A stretch of 64,000 bases of DNA from contig DASZAF010000024.1 of assembly GCA_035945435.1 (NCBI GenBank), forward strand, positions 3,578 through 67,577. Direction: 5' to 3'. Positions 47,657 to 56,988 of this stretch are shown here, one piece after another (position 1 is the first letter of the stretch; every line of letters starts with the position of its first letter). The DNA comes from Candidatus Saccharimonadales bacterium. Its GTDB lineage: Bacteria > Patescibacteriota > Saccharimonadia > Saccharimonadales > DASZAF01. Both the position numbers and the translations under genes were made by a program. A model generated the notes under the pieces. That model was not told the DNA's origin and ran no database searches. It saw only the letters and a program-made list of their open reading frames with translations.

Positions 47657-49216
47657 TGGGATGACCGTTGCGCCTGGTACGTAAAGGGCGATCAGGTGAC
47701 CGCTAAGATCCGGGGTATAGAGTACGCCATTGACAACCACCGGTGACGCCCAGTGCATGCTGATACCAACGCTTATGGAGCTACTGTTGAAGAGGGTGGC
47801 GCCAGTTGTTGGGTTGAGGGCCAGGATGCTGCTGCCGGCATCGAGGTAGAGAACATTGTTGGCGATGAACGGCGACGAGCTGGAACCGATGTTTTCCGCA
47901 TACTGCTGGACAAGTTGCGAGGTGCCGGACGTTGTCACTAGTTTGTAGGCGTAGAGATCGCTCGATTCATCAGTCACGAAGACCCACGTATTATTGCTAC
48001 CGTCAACCCAGACGGCTGGCTGTTCGTGGACCTCATCCGAGATAGTGATCGTCTGAAGCTCTCCGCCTGTATGGCCGGGGCCACTTTGGCCAGACAGGTT
48101 CGCCCGATTGAGTAGGCGAACGATGTGGTCCTTGCCAGCCTGGACCAGCATGTAGGGGGTATTCGAGCTGTTCTGCGTCGGCAGTATGGCGGGAGCGGTG
48201 CTCCCGAGGTCTGCATCTCCACTCTGCAAGCTAGCGTAAGTCGAAGGCGTATATGAGTCGACGATCTGGCTAAGATCGGGTTTCAGTTCGATGAGACTAT
48301 CCCCCCACTCATGGCCGCCACTGTTCGCGTCGTAGAGACCATTGCCAGTCGCCACAAAGATATTGCCGGTTACTGGGTCGACTTTGACGCCCGGTCTAGC
48401 CCAGATACCCGATTGGATATTAGCGCAGTAGTTTGAATCGCCTGAGTTGGCATCTTCCAGTTGGGTAATGTTAGAGCATTCTGAATTCCAGACCGTCTCT
48501 GTGCCGTTGGACAGCTTGACGGCTATGACGTGACCGACATAGTGACCGTAGTCGCCGTCGTTACCGCTGGTCGTCATATACAGATAGCCGCCGGCGATGT
48601 TGATGCTGGCAGAACCTTTCTCGATGTTATTAGCGAGGAGGGTCACTTGAGCCGGGAAACCGTTACCGGTTACTTCTGTGCCAGTTCCGATGTTGTATTT
48701 GTGGATATAGCCGTCTATGGCGTAGGCGTATACGTAGTTGCCGGACGGATCGATAGCCGGAGCTGATTTTGTCCCCTGCCCGTTCCAGTTGGCTGATGAG
48801 GGATCGGCCTCCCAGATCTTCGTCCCGTTCCAGGCGTTATAGGCGATAAGATTGCCTTTTTCGGTGTTGACGAAGACGAGATCCATCACTCCTTCGGGGG
48901 TACTGACATTAGGTTGCTCGACGATGGCGTTGTCGGCATCGATCGGCAGACTTGACGACCACAGCTCGGCCATACTATGGACGTTCGACTGAGTTATAGC
49001 GGACTCGTTATAGTTGGTACCTGGATCATCTGCCCCGCCGTCAAAGACCTGCCAGGCAACGTCGCCGTTTAGGGCCTTGGCTACGCCTGGGCGAAAGCGG
49101 CCCTGATTCAGAACGAAGAATTTGACGCCGAATGAACCGACAAAGAGAGCAAGGGCGACCAGAAAGATGGCTACCGATAGCTTGCTACTGCGAATCTCTT
49201 CCCAAATACGGTTCAC
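46499..49216 (-). CDS. giant surface protein: PQQ-like beta-propeller region - FN3 - FG-GAP-like repeats
   Basis: 905-aa ORF with N-terminal TM/signal. FN3 (SISLSWNQATD...GYKIYRNGS...YTYTVSAYD). C-terminal GVG.Y..DGKDDLYWY FG-GAP-like repeats x3. C-terminal ~385 aa homologous to the C-terminus of 50398..54507. Confidence 0.8.
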   Translation of the reverse strand: MNRIWEEIRSSKLSVAIFLVALALFVGSFGVKFFVLNQGRFRPGVAKALNGDVAWQVFDGGADDPGTNYNESAITQSNVHSMAELWSSSLPIDADNAIVEQPNVSTPEGVMDLVFVNTEKGNLIAYNAWNGTKIWEADPSSANWNGQGTKSAPAIDPSGNYVYAYAIDGYIHKYNIGTGTEVTGNGFPAQVTLLANNIEKGSASINIAGGYLYMTTSGNDGDYGHYVGHVIAVKLSNGTETVWNSECSNITQLEDANSGDSNYCANIQSGIWARPGVKVDPVTGNIFVATGNGLYDANSGGHEWGDSLIELKPDLSQIVDSYTPSTYASLQSGDADLGSTAPAILPTQNSSNTPYMLVQAGKDHIVRLLNRANLSGQSGPGHTGGELQTITISDEVHEQPAVWVDGSNNTWVFVTDESSDLYAYKLVTTSGTSQLVQQYAENIGSSSSPFIANNVLYLDAGSSILALNPTTGATLFNSSSISVGISMHWASPVVVNGVLYTPDLSGHLIALYVPGATVIPPTDPSGLQATSETNNSISLSWNQATDANGPGVGGYKIYRNGSQVGSVSGATNLTYTDNGLTSGTAYTYTVSAYDTNNLEGGQSASINPSTTGGASSLSCTTPAGAGNSLVWYSGQSLYGFSTPGFGTAATVASGYSLPGWAGVGQYGGASKDGIFWYDANTTSIYYITGGNLANAIRVRGPGIGAPTWACVGNFTGDGQDDSIAWYSGSTLYLFAGPGLGTKAAISGYSQPTWAGVGDYNHDGKDDLYWYLGTTSTIYALPSNGSTFTGAVAVRGPGIGAPVWAGVGNFSGSGFRDALAWYNSGTLYTFEGPGLVTTGSVSGYSSPSWMGVGQWGSGTSKDGLYWYLPNGTIYGLSSNGSSFYGASSLRGPGIGSPSWAGSGQIY

Positions 49217-49734
49217 GATACCTTAAACCTCACGATATTCTCTTTAGCAAGATAGTCTGTGTGGGTGTCCTGAGAGTTGATGATCAACGAACCTGTGTAG
49301 ACTCCTGGAGGCAGGCCAGCAGGCAAGGCGTAAGAGTAGGTAGTAGTCGTGGGCTTGCCAGCTTTAAAGCTTACCGGATTGATCATCGGGCTCTTCCAGA
49401 CTTGCTTGCCTTTCGGACTCGTTATCCATGCTTCAAAGTAAGCTGAAATGGTCGTATTTGATGTGGCGCTCACCGTAATCGTCTGTGTATCGCCAGGTGC
49501 TAAGGTCGAACGACCGAATGTTTCAGTGCCCGAAAAGACCGGCAGCGCCTGTGAGAAGCTCGGTTTGCTCGACCAGAAGTCGAGATTTAATGGTCGTCCG
49601 GTAAGGGCGAAGTAGGCTGAACCGCTGTATCTCTCCAGGTTATAACCGGCAATCACCAACAGGAGTATCGAGAGTAAGATCAGAACTCTCGAGGCAGATA
49701 ATCTAGTTCCCCTCTTATTTTCTTTTTCTGCCAT
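49213..49734 (-). CDS. hypothetical secreted/membrane-anchored protein
   Basis: 173-aa ORF with N-terminal TM. Stop overlaps the start of the 905-aa gene by 4 nt. Confidence 0.45.
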   Translation of the reverse strand: MAEKENKRGTRLSASRVLILLSILLLVIAGYNLERYSGSAYFALTGRPLNLDFWSSKPSFSQALPVFSGTETFGRSTLAPGDTQTITVSATSNTTISAYFEAWITSPKGKQVWKSPMINPVSFKAGKPTTTTYSYALPAGLPPGVYTGSLIINSQDTHTDYLAKENIVRFKVS

Positions 49735-49793
49735 AACTACGGCTATTGTAAGTCATTTGACTTAGTTCTCAAAAGTTTGCTCGTTAGCTATGC

Positions 49794-50387
49794 TCAGGTA
49801 GATGGGAAGATAAACTGCCAGCCGCTACTGACGTGATGAAATGTGAAATCCAGCACTTTTGTGGCCGACGCGTTCACAAAGTCCATCGTTATGTCTGAAC
49901 TATCTCCTGTATCACCACTCATGTGAAAGGGTCCGTACTGCTGGGCGTAGGTAAGGAAGTAGTTAATGTAATCATTCCGGGTCATATAAGTAACGATCCC
50001 GTTCTGACTGACCTTAAAAGTCTGGATAGCCAGCTTATCAGAGATTCCGCTACAGACTCCGGTCGAATCGGCCGCAGCTCCACAGGTAATCGGTGTAGCG
50101 ACCTGATGTTCAAGAATATCTGAAAAGTCGTTCATGCCGACGTAATGCACGAACAGGTTCTGTGTCTGACAGAAAGATGCCCCAGGGGCCGAACAGTGAA
50201 CGGCTGGTGTCGAAGGAGGCGATAAGGGTCGTGAAATAGTGTTTTTCGGTGAAGGTGTTATAGAACTTGGTTGAACGATATAGGTGATTACGAGTATAAG
50301 TGCGACGGCAAGAACGACAATTGCCATCGTCCATCTAACATAGCGCGATAAGCTCTTCTGCTTTTTCCTATACTTCTTTACTGCCAT
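49794..50387 (-). CDS. hypothetical membrane-anchored Cys-containing protein
   Basis: Start chosen at MAVKKYRKK (Met 73 of the ORF-track ORF), because the longer ORF overlaps the upstream giant gene by ~200 nt. TM followed by a Cys-containing domain. Confidence 0.45.
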   Translation of the reverse strand: MAVKKYRKKQKSLSRYVRWTMAIVVLAVALILVITYIVQPSSITPSPKNTISRPLSPPSTPAVHCSAPGASFCQTQNLFVHYVGMNDFSDILEHQVATPITCGAAADSTGVCSGISDKLAIQTFKVSQNGIVTYMTRNDYINYFLTYAQQYGPFHMSGDTGDSSDITMDFVNASATKVLDFTFHHVSSGWQFIFPST

Positions 50388-50397
50388 ATGCCGACTC

Positions 50398-51556
50398 TTA
50401 GTATATCTGCCCAGTCCCTGCCCACTCAGGGGCGCCAACACCGGGGCCTCGTAGGGTCGCAGCCCCGTAGAACGCACTGCCGTCACTACTAAGACCGTAA
50501 ACCGTACCGTTAGACAGATACCAGTAAAGACCGTCTTTCGATGTGTTGTTACTCCACTGGCCCACGCCCATCCATTCGGGCGGGCTGTAGCCACTGACCG
50601 CACCTGACGTGTTCAGCCCAGGACCCTCAAAGGTATAAAGTGTAGATCCGTCATACCATGCTAGAGCGTCCCGATAGCCATTGCCGCTGAAGTTACCGAT
50701 GCCAGCCCAAGTCGGTGATCCGATGCCTGGTCCCCTGACCTGAGCGGCTCCATTGAAGCTCGAACCATTCGAGGTCATGACGTAGATCGTTCCGGTGCTG
50801 CCGAGATACCAATAAAGATCATCCTTGCCGTCATGGTTATAGTCGCCGACGCCAGCCCATGCAGGCGAGCTGTAACCGGTGATCGCGGTTTTGGTAGCCA
50901 GTCCGGGGCCTGCCAAAAGATAGAGCGTCCCGCCGCTATACCAGGCGATACTGTCGTCTCGACCGTCACCAGTAAAGTCTCCGACACAGGCCCACGTCGG
51001 AGCGCCGATGCCAGGTCCGCGGACAGCTTGGGCATTGGCGAAACTGCTGCCGTTAATATAGTAGATCGTCGTCGTATTTGGGTCGTACCAGAAGATGCCG
51101 TTCTTGCTGCCGCTATACTGTCCGACACCGGCCCAACTGGGGAGGCTGTAGCCAGACGATACCGTCGAAGCTGTGTTATAACCGGTTAGCCCGGAAAAGC
51201 CAAAGAGCGCCGTGCCGTCATACCAGGCCAGGCTGTTGCCGGTACCCGAAGGAGACGTACAGGAGAGGACGGATGAGAGCGGCGTAGTGACGTTGACCGT
51301 CGACGACGCATTAGAGACAGTCGGCTGGGGTGAGGCCGAATCGTAGGCGATGACGACATAACTGTACTGGGTGCCAGCAGTCAGGCCTGTATCGTTGTAG
51401 TTTGTGGTGCCAGCGCCCAGTGACGTAACCAGAACACCGTTACGGTAGAGGTAGTAACCGCCGAGCCCTGGGCCCCCCGCGTCAGTGCTGGCTGACCATG
51501 AGACGTTTACGCTCGTTGGCCCATTGGCTGTGGCGGTGACGTTCGAGGGGGTCGAA
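50398..51556 (-). repeat. ~1.1-kb direct repeat copy 2 (3' end of 1369-aa gene)
   Basis: See copy 1; same orientation, 3.9 kb apart. Confidence 0.7.
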
Positions 51557-54507
51557 GGCGGTGTGGCGTTAGACGAAGTAGAACCTTGATCTTGCTGCCA
51601 GTCAGACTGCCACGTAGAGAAGTTGGTGGTGCAGGCCGTAGCCGTCAGGCTCTTGCCAGTCGCCGGGTCGTCTGGCATGACCAGGCCACCTCCGTTACAG
51701 TTCCCATAGATAAAGTCTGACCAGCTCCATGGACCGTAATAAGTGTTATTGGACCATACATCGTTATCTGCCGCCATACCATTGCCCGCTGGAACGCCCG
51801 GCGGGCTGGAAAGCGCGTTCAAGTTATTAAGCGGGTCTGAGGTGCAACCTGAGTCCCATGTCGGACAGGTAGTGAATGAGGAACTGCTTACCATAGCATT
51901 TGCAGTGAGTTGTGAAAGAAATGGCGCTTCACCGCCTACTTGGTAGGCCATAAAGTTTGTGCCACAGAAGTCGGTATTACTAGACCTACAGGCCGTCGAA
52001 GTCCCTCCGCCCGTCAGCGGCGCGCTACTGGCAATCACCGATGGTTGGAAGACGAACGTGTTACCGGTAACCGTGATGTCTTTGGCTTCCCATTGGCAGC
52101 CATCCCAGTACGAGAGGGCTGGAGTGGAGGGGGCCATCGGGCTCGACGGCGTAGCGGTGCTGGTGGCGTATAGCTGGCAGGTACCGGCGTTGCTGACTTC
52201 CGTCCCGGAAGATTCATTCGATGACAGTGATGGTGTTATCGAGAGGTTACAGTCGTTAGCGTAACAGGTCTCAGCTGTAACTTTGTATGGTTGAACCTGC
52301 TGGATAGGGCCGGACAAGGTGCCCGTACCTCGTACCAGCGAGACGCCGGTGAAGGTACCGGCCGTCGTGTTAGTGTATGAGAGGATAGCCCCCGTCCAGC
52401 TGCCTTTGCCGTCACTCCAGGCAGCTGAGGTACCGACACGTAACTGTCCAGAAGAGGGGAAGCCGCTTGTACTCGCGTTAATGGTGCCCGACCCACTAAA
52501 GGTCGTTACGCTTGTGGTGTCAGTAGTGGTCGTTGAGGTAGGATCGGCAAAACCGATCTGATCGTCGATTGCCTCAGTGCCGACGACTTCGACCGTGGAA
52601 CTACCAGAAGAGGCGGACTGAGCCACTGTGGTCGTGCCCCCATGGGCCGTATCCCCGGTATGTGAGAAGTAATACTGCCCGCCACCGGCTGTCGTTGCTG
52701 TATTCGGAAAACCTCCAGAGCAGTACGGCGCATCATCTGGCCAGCCTTCACCAGAGTTTTCGCATGACCGGCCGCCGGCCTGCCAGATATCTATACCCTG
52801 CCAATCGTTGACAAAGTAGTTGCTGCTGATGGAGATAGAGTTCTCATAGCGACTGCCAGGAACCTGGGCGCCGCCTGACGTGTTGATGTTAATAGCTCCG
52901 TTACAGTTGTTATTTCCACCACATCCTCCGGTGCCACTGCCCCAGCCGCCATCCTCGAAAAGGTTGCCAGTTACGTCAAGATTGAAACCCGTCTCACTCG
53001 CGATCGACGAGGTATAGCTCATATTAAAGAAGTTGCCCTGGATCAAGGTGCCCGAGTTGCCGTTATCTAACCAGACTGGTGTGCCGCCGACCGGAGAGTC
53101 GTTGATGAATGAGTTGTCCACAATGTTGGCATTGAGTGTCCCCCACCACTTTCCACCGCCGCTACAGCCACAACCCGGATCGGGCTCATAGTTGGATTCA
53201 TAGATCTCGTTGTAGTCAAAAGTGTTATTGGTCCCAAAGGCATTAATGCCGTAGTCACCCATCCTCGAGAGACAGTTGTACTCGATGGTACCCTGATCGC
53301 CGCCATATAACGCCACCCCATCGCCAGGAGTAGGTGTCCCCTGGGCATTCATATACCCATCGTGAATATCGTTATGCGTAATCGTCCAGCCGGTACCCGT
53401 ATAGATGGTCCCCGTGGTGTTATGCGAGTCATGAGCTATATTGAGGTATGACACCGTCACACTGCCGGCTGGCGCGTTGTAATAGATAGGGGTATTGGCT
53501 GCCACAGCTGAGTCCAAGCCGGCCACCCCGATCGTGTATCCCGATTCGTTGCCTGATACCGACGTTATGGTATAGGTATCACTGCCAATTACGATACTGG
53601 CATATTGGACCAACGGGATTGACGAGCTTGTCAGCGTGAGAGTGGTGCCTCCTTGCGAAGCGGAGGACGCGGCCTCTGCAAGCGGCTGCTCCACGTTGGC
53701 CCACACCTGACTGCCTGACGATTCCGTAGCCGTTAACGGAGAGCTGAGAGTAATGGATGTCCCTGAGGCAGTGGCAATACCGTAGGTTGAGCCGTCGGCG
53801 AAAGTTACCTTGCTGATGAAGCCGGGGATGGACGACGTAGTCGTAATAGTCGATGAGCCGGAGTTGGCGATCGCGGCCAAGGTGCTTGATCCGCCCGAGA
53901 AGTAGTGGCTGCCATTGCCGGCATCGATGCCATCCGCGTTCCCACCGTCATCAAATTGGGGTTCTCCGTAGCCATTGGCCGATCCACCAATAAATTCGTC
54001 GCCGCTGATAGACGCTAGGCCAAGAGGTCCATACGTTCCACCTTCAAAGAAGTAAAGAATCGGCGTCTCCGGAAAATCATAGGCGGGCTGGTTAGTGGTA
54101 CTCCCGGGCGCAAAGATGGCAGCCGCTTCGGTTGTTGAAGCTTGGCTGGATATGTAAGAGGGCAGCGGTGGCAGGGTCGTACCGTAGCCCGGCAAGGCCT
54201 CATACTGAGCAACCGTATAGGTCTGCTCGCCTGAGCCTAGCGCGCTATAGGTCCACGGGCTCGTCAGATACTGAGACTGTTCGTTACAGATCTCATAATT
54301 CTCGCCCGCCACCTGATAATCGGCAATGTGAGCCTTCTTTAAGCCGTTATACATAAAGAAGCCGGCCGCGCACAGAACAGCCAGCACGGTTGCAATTGAC
54401 AGAAACATCACGACCGAGCGGCGTACGCCAAACAGAGCGATCTTCATATGTGATGGACGTATGGTCACCCCTTGCAGGAAAGAATAACGGTGATTAGGTC
54501 GTTTCAC
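50398..54507 (-). CDS. giant surface protein: right-handed beta-helix (pectin-lyase-fold) - FN3 - FG-GAP-like repeats
   Basis: 1369-aa ORF with N-terminal TM. Long Gly/Asn/Thr beta-helix repeat region (IAHDSHNTTGTIYTG...NAFGTNNTFDYNEIY), FN3 (VNVSWSASTD...GYYLYRNG...YSYVVIAYD) and FG-GAP-like repeats. The track start may be GTG; internal Met starts are possible. Confidence 0.8.
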   Translation of the reverse strand: MKRPNHRYSFLQGVTIRPSHMKIALFGVRRSVVMFLSIATVLAVLCAAGFFMYNGLKKAHIADYQVAGENYEICNEQSQYLTSPWTYSALGSGEQTYTVAQYEALPGYGTTLPPLPSYISSQASTTEAAAIFAPGSTTNQPAYDFPETPILYFFEGGTYGPLGLASISGDEFIGGSANGYGEPQFDDGGNADGIDAGNGSHYFSGGSSTLAAIANSGSSTITTTSSIPGFISKVTFADGSTYGIATASGTSITLSSPLTATESSGSQVWANVEQPLAEAASSASQGGTTLTLTSSSIPLVQYASIVIGSDTYTITSVSGNESGYTIGVAGLDSAVAANTPIYYNAPAGSVTVSYLNIAHDSHNTTGTIYTGTGWTITHNDIHDGYMNAQGTPTPGDGVALYGGDQGTIEYNCLSRMGDYGINAFGTNNTFDYNEIYESNYEPDPGCGCSGGGKWWGTLNANIVDNSFINDSPVGGTPVWLDNGNSGTLIQGNFFNMSYTSSIASETGFNLDVTGNLFEDGGWGSGTGGCGGNNNCNGAININTSGGAQVPGSRYENSISISSNYFVNDWQGIDIWQAGGRSCENSGEGWPDDAPYCSGGFPNTATTAGGGQYYFSHTGDTAHGGTTTVAQSASSGSSTVEVVGTEAIDDQIGFADPTSTTTTDTTSVTTFSGSGTINASTSGFPSSGQLRVGTSAAWSDGKGSWTGAILSYTNTTAGTFTGVSLVRGTGTLSGPIQQVQPYKVTAETCYANDCNLSITPSLSSNESSGTEVSNAGTCQLYATSTATPSSPMAPSTPALSYWDGCQWEAKDITVTGNTFVFQPSVIASSAPLTGGGTSTACRSSNTDFCGTNFMAYQVGGEAPFLSQLTANAMVSSSSFTTCPTWDSGCTSDPLNNLNALSSPPGVPAGNGMAADNDVWSNNTYYGPWSWSDFIYGNCNGGGLVMPDDPATGKSLTATACTTNFSTWQSDWQQDQGSTSSNATPPSTPSNVTATANGPTSVNVSWSASTDAGGPGLGGYYLYRNGVLVTSLGAGTTNYNDTGLTAGTQYSYVVIAYDSASPQPTVSNASSTVNVTTPLSSVLSCTSPSGTGNSLAWYDGTALFGFSGLTGYNTASTVSSGYSLPSWAGVGQYSGSKNGIFWYDPNTTTIYYINGSSFANAQAVRGPGIGAPTWACVGDFTGDGRDDSIAWYSGGTLYLLAGPGLATKTAITGYSSPAWAGVGDYNHDGKDDLYWYLGSTGTIYVMTSNGSSFNGAAQVRGPGIGSPTWAGIGNFSGNGYRDALAWYDGSTLYTFEGPGLNTSGAVSGYSPPEWMGVGQWSNNTSKDGLYWYLSNGTVYGLSSDGSAFYGAATLRGPGVGAPEWAGTGQIY

Positions 54508-54581
54508 TCAAGCCAACTACTTATGTTTATAGCTTCAGTATAGTGAAAGACGGTCAATCAGACAAAAGATGTAACATGCGG

Positions 54582-55019
54582 CTACTTCATGGCTGCATGC
54601 GCGAGCGCATGTTTGCTGATCATGTACCTGTTAACTGGCACCGTGATAATAAAAGCGATTAGCAGTGACAGAGCCAGACCCCACCAGAATCTTGGCTGGG
54701 TAGCTGTTACCAAGAGGGCGTTGGGGATAATTAGCTCGATTGTGTTATCAACAAGCTCCATGGTGGTAATCGAGACCGTGTCCGTCGCCACCGTTATCCT
54801 TATCGCCTCCTTGGCTGTCTTGGTCTGTTTTCGTACTCCTCTATATGTCAGTGAATAGCCAAAAGCAAAAGCAAGGACGATAGCCAGAGACAATCTCCCA
54901 ATTCTGTGCCACCCAAGGAGAGAGGCGATTAGCATCCCGAGAATCTCACCAATACCGCAGCCGATCAAACAGTGAACAGTATGCTTGATGGCATGTTTGG
55001 TTGTCTCACTGATTTTCAT
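54582..55019 (-). CDS. DUF4396-like membrane protein
   Basis: 145-aa ORF with HCLIGCGIGE motif and 4 TMs. Confidence 0.55.
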   Translation of the reverse strand: MKISETTKHAIKHTVHCLIGCGIGEILGMLIASLLGWHRIGRLSLAIVLAFAFGYSLTYRGVRKQTKTAKEAIRITVATDTVSITTMELVDNTIELIIPNALLVTATQPRFWWGLALSLLIAFIITVPVNRYMISKHALAHAAMK

Positions 55020-55036
55020 GAACCCATTTTAGCAAA

Positions 55037-55061
55037 GACAGGCCTCAGTATGAGGCCTGTC
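55037..55061 (-). terminator. perfect 11-bp stem/3-nt loop hairpin downstream of MFS gene (putative intrinsic terminator)
   Basis: gacaggcctca-gta-tgaggcctgtc. On the minus strand it is followed by a T/A-rich ctttgctaaaat. Confidence 0.5.
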
Positions 55062-55069
55062 CCTCTGGC

Positions 55070-56251
55070 TCACAACGTATCATGGGCGTGTTTTCTGTAG
55101 AGACCCCTGTACAAGAATACTGCCGGGATCGATACGACGATCAACACGAGCATTGTCCTTGCCGGACCGATGCCATCAGCCACTAAACCGACGCAGAAGG
55201 TTACTACGGCATAAAGCAGGTTGCCTCCGAGTGAGTTCAACGAACCCATGGTCGCACGCTGTTTGTCGGTAAACTCCTTTTGCATAAGGGTTTGGTTGGC
55301 AGTAACCCCCACACCATACGCGAACGCGTTACCTGATAGCATGATCGGTGAGATGACGTTCGGAAACCCTGCAAAGATCAGCCCGTCTGCTAGACCGAGC
55401 ACCTGCTGGACAAACAGCGTCTTAAGCGCAGTGTATCTGTCGATAAGCTTACCGGCAAAGTGGAACCCTAGGAAGCCGAACGTGTTATCGAGCGCACGAG
55501 CAATACCCAGCGCCCAGTTTGGCCACAGCAGCGAGTTGAACGCGGGCTTAAAGTTATAGATAGCCTCCTGGACGGCAAAGTCGACGATATAGGCGATGCT
55601 GAGCTTACGAAGCTTGGCATTTCTTTTGAAACTTTTCAGTGCACCCTTCAGGTGGTTGTAGAGGTCGCTGGCGATCTCTTCGGTGTGTAGCCGTGGCTCC
55701 ATAAACCCAAGGGCGATGAGCACGCAGATAGCTTGAGGAACGATGGAGGCGACCATGACAAACCTGAGCGACACCAGCGCAAGCACTGTTGCCACCAGGG
55801 CCGAAATACCCAAGCCAAGTTCAAACATGGCACTGACTTTGCCGTGCACCGTGGCGAATTCGTCCTCTCTATCTGCTGACTTGAGGGTGTCATAGAGTAA
55901 GGCGTCGTTATTACCACTGATCGACGCGCCGGCCAGACCATTGAAGAGCGCACCCAGCAGAAGGATTGGGAAAGAATGGGCAGACGCGTAGAGACTCAGT
56001 GCGATAACACTGGCTATTGAGCCAAGGATGACCGTCTTCTTTCGGCCGATCCGATCCGATAGGAAGCCCGTTGGCAACTGGAGTATTGAGTTAGAGACGG
56101 CGCTGATTGAGAAGACCGCCAGACCTAACGCATAGGAATGCGTGACATGCGCGAAATAGATAACGGCGATGGCACCGTATGGACGGAATTCGTAAAAGAA
56201 ATTGTAGAAGCGAAGCAGGTTTGTATTTCTGCTAACCATAACTGTCTTCAT
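55070..56251 (-). CDS. MFS-family transporter
   Basis: 393-aa ORF with ~12 TMs and an MFS motif-like GFLSDRIGRKK between TM2 and TM3. Confidence 0.8.
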   Translation of the reverse strand: MKTVMVSRNTNLLRFYNFFYEFRPYGAIAVIYFAHVTHSYALGLAVFSISAVSNSILQLPTGFLSDRIGRKKTVILGSIASVIALSLYASAHSFPILLLGALFNGLAGASISGNNDALLYDTLKSADREDEFATVHGKVSAMFELGLGISALVATVLALVSLRFVMVASIVPQAICVLIALGFMEPRLHTEEIASDLYNHLKGALKSFKRNAKLRKLSIAYIVDFAVQEAIYNFKPAFNSLLWPNWALGIARALDNTFGFLGFHFAGKLIDRYTALKTLFVQQVLGLADGLIFAGFPNVISPIMLSGNAFAYGVGVTANQTLMQKEFTDKQRATMGSLNSLGGNLLYAVVTFCVGLVADGIGPARTMLVLIVVSIPAVFLYRGLYRKHAHDTL

Positions 56252-56436
56252 AATACAGGAACTTTCTGCTCAGTTAAGAGCTCTAGTAGTTAGATGTTGT
56301 AGGAGAATGCGCAAAGACTATCCAAGATCACTTGGATTCTAGCGGCGCAGGTGCTTTTGCACCCCGCCCGGTTAGCAGGGTCTACGACTTTGCATGATTA
56401 GAAATACTCTAACATCTTATGGTTAGCTTGTCTATA

Positions 56437-56949
56437 CTAAGAGGCCTCGCTCTGTTCCTGTCTTAGTGCGGCCCCGGATTGATCGGCGTCCCATGTCGTA
56501 GTTGATAATAGACTACGTACTCTCCTGTCGATTTCCGCGGCACCAGGCTCGAGAAGTCGAGGTGAGCCTCCTGCGAGAGGATAGTCTCGGTATGTGACTG
56601 AGAAATTATCGAGATAATCGCTTCTCTGTCCGTTTCCTCCGATGAGCACTTCATAGCGTATTGGATCGTTTGCAGTCGGTCGATCGAGCGGTGAGGTCAT
56701 CCATACAGTCACAGGCCATCTGGAGTCGTGGCGACCGCGGCGTACATCGTGAACTTCAGCAAAGTCCTCGTCCACCTCTGCCGATCCGGTTATTACGCTC
56801 AACGATTCGGGCCCAGCTTCGCTGTTTAGCGCAGTTGAGGCCACTACATCCGCCTTATCTCTAAAGAGGCGCTTCAAGGCTTCTATGGTCGCCCCGCGTT
56901 CTTCTTCGGGGCTGCCTAACATGTGGACTGGCTCATGTTGTTCGGTCAT
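56437..56949 (-). CDS. hypothetical acidic protein
   Basis: 170-aa ORF. No family recognised. Confidence 0.4.
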   Translation of the reverse strand: MTEQHEPVHMLGSPEEERGATIEALKRLFRDKADVVASTALNSEAGPESLSVITGSAEVDEDFAEVHDVRRGRHDSRWPVTVWMTSPLDRPTANDPIRYEVLIGGNGQRSDYLDNFSVTYRDYPLAGGSPRLLEPGAAEIDRRVRSLLSTTTWDADQSGAALRQEQSEAS

Positions 56950-56988
56950 ATTTTAAGTAAGTATAGCAAAAAGTGAGTTGAGTATTAG

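Noticed and set aside
50388-50603. 5' extension of ORF 49794..50603 overlapping the giant gene by ~200 nt
   Set aside because: The extension encodes a low-complexity reverse-frame translation of the upstream gene's 3' end. An internal Met (MAVKKYRKK) precedes a proper TM anchor.
56252-56436. ggtgc-tttt-gcacc hairpin as a terminator for ORF 56437..56949
   Set aside because: The 5-bp stem is short and not followed by a U-tract on the relevant strand, so it is too weak to call.
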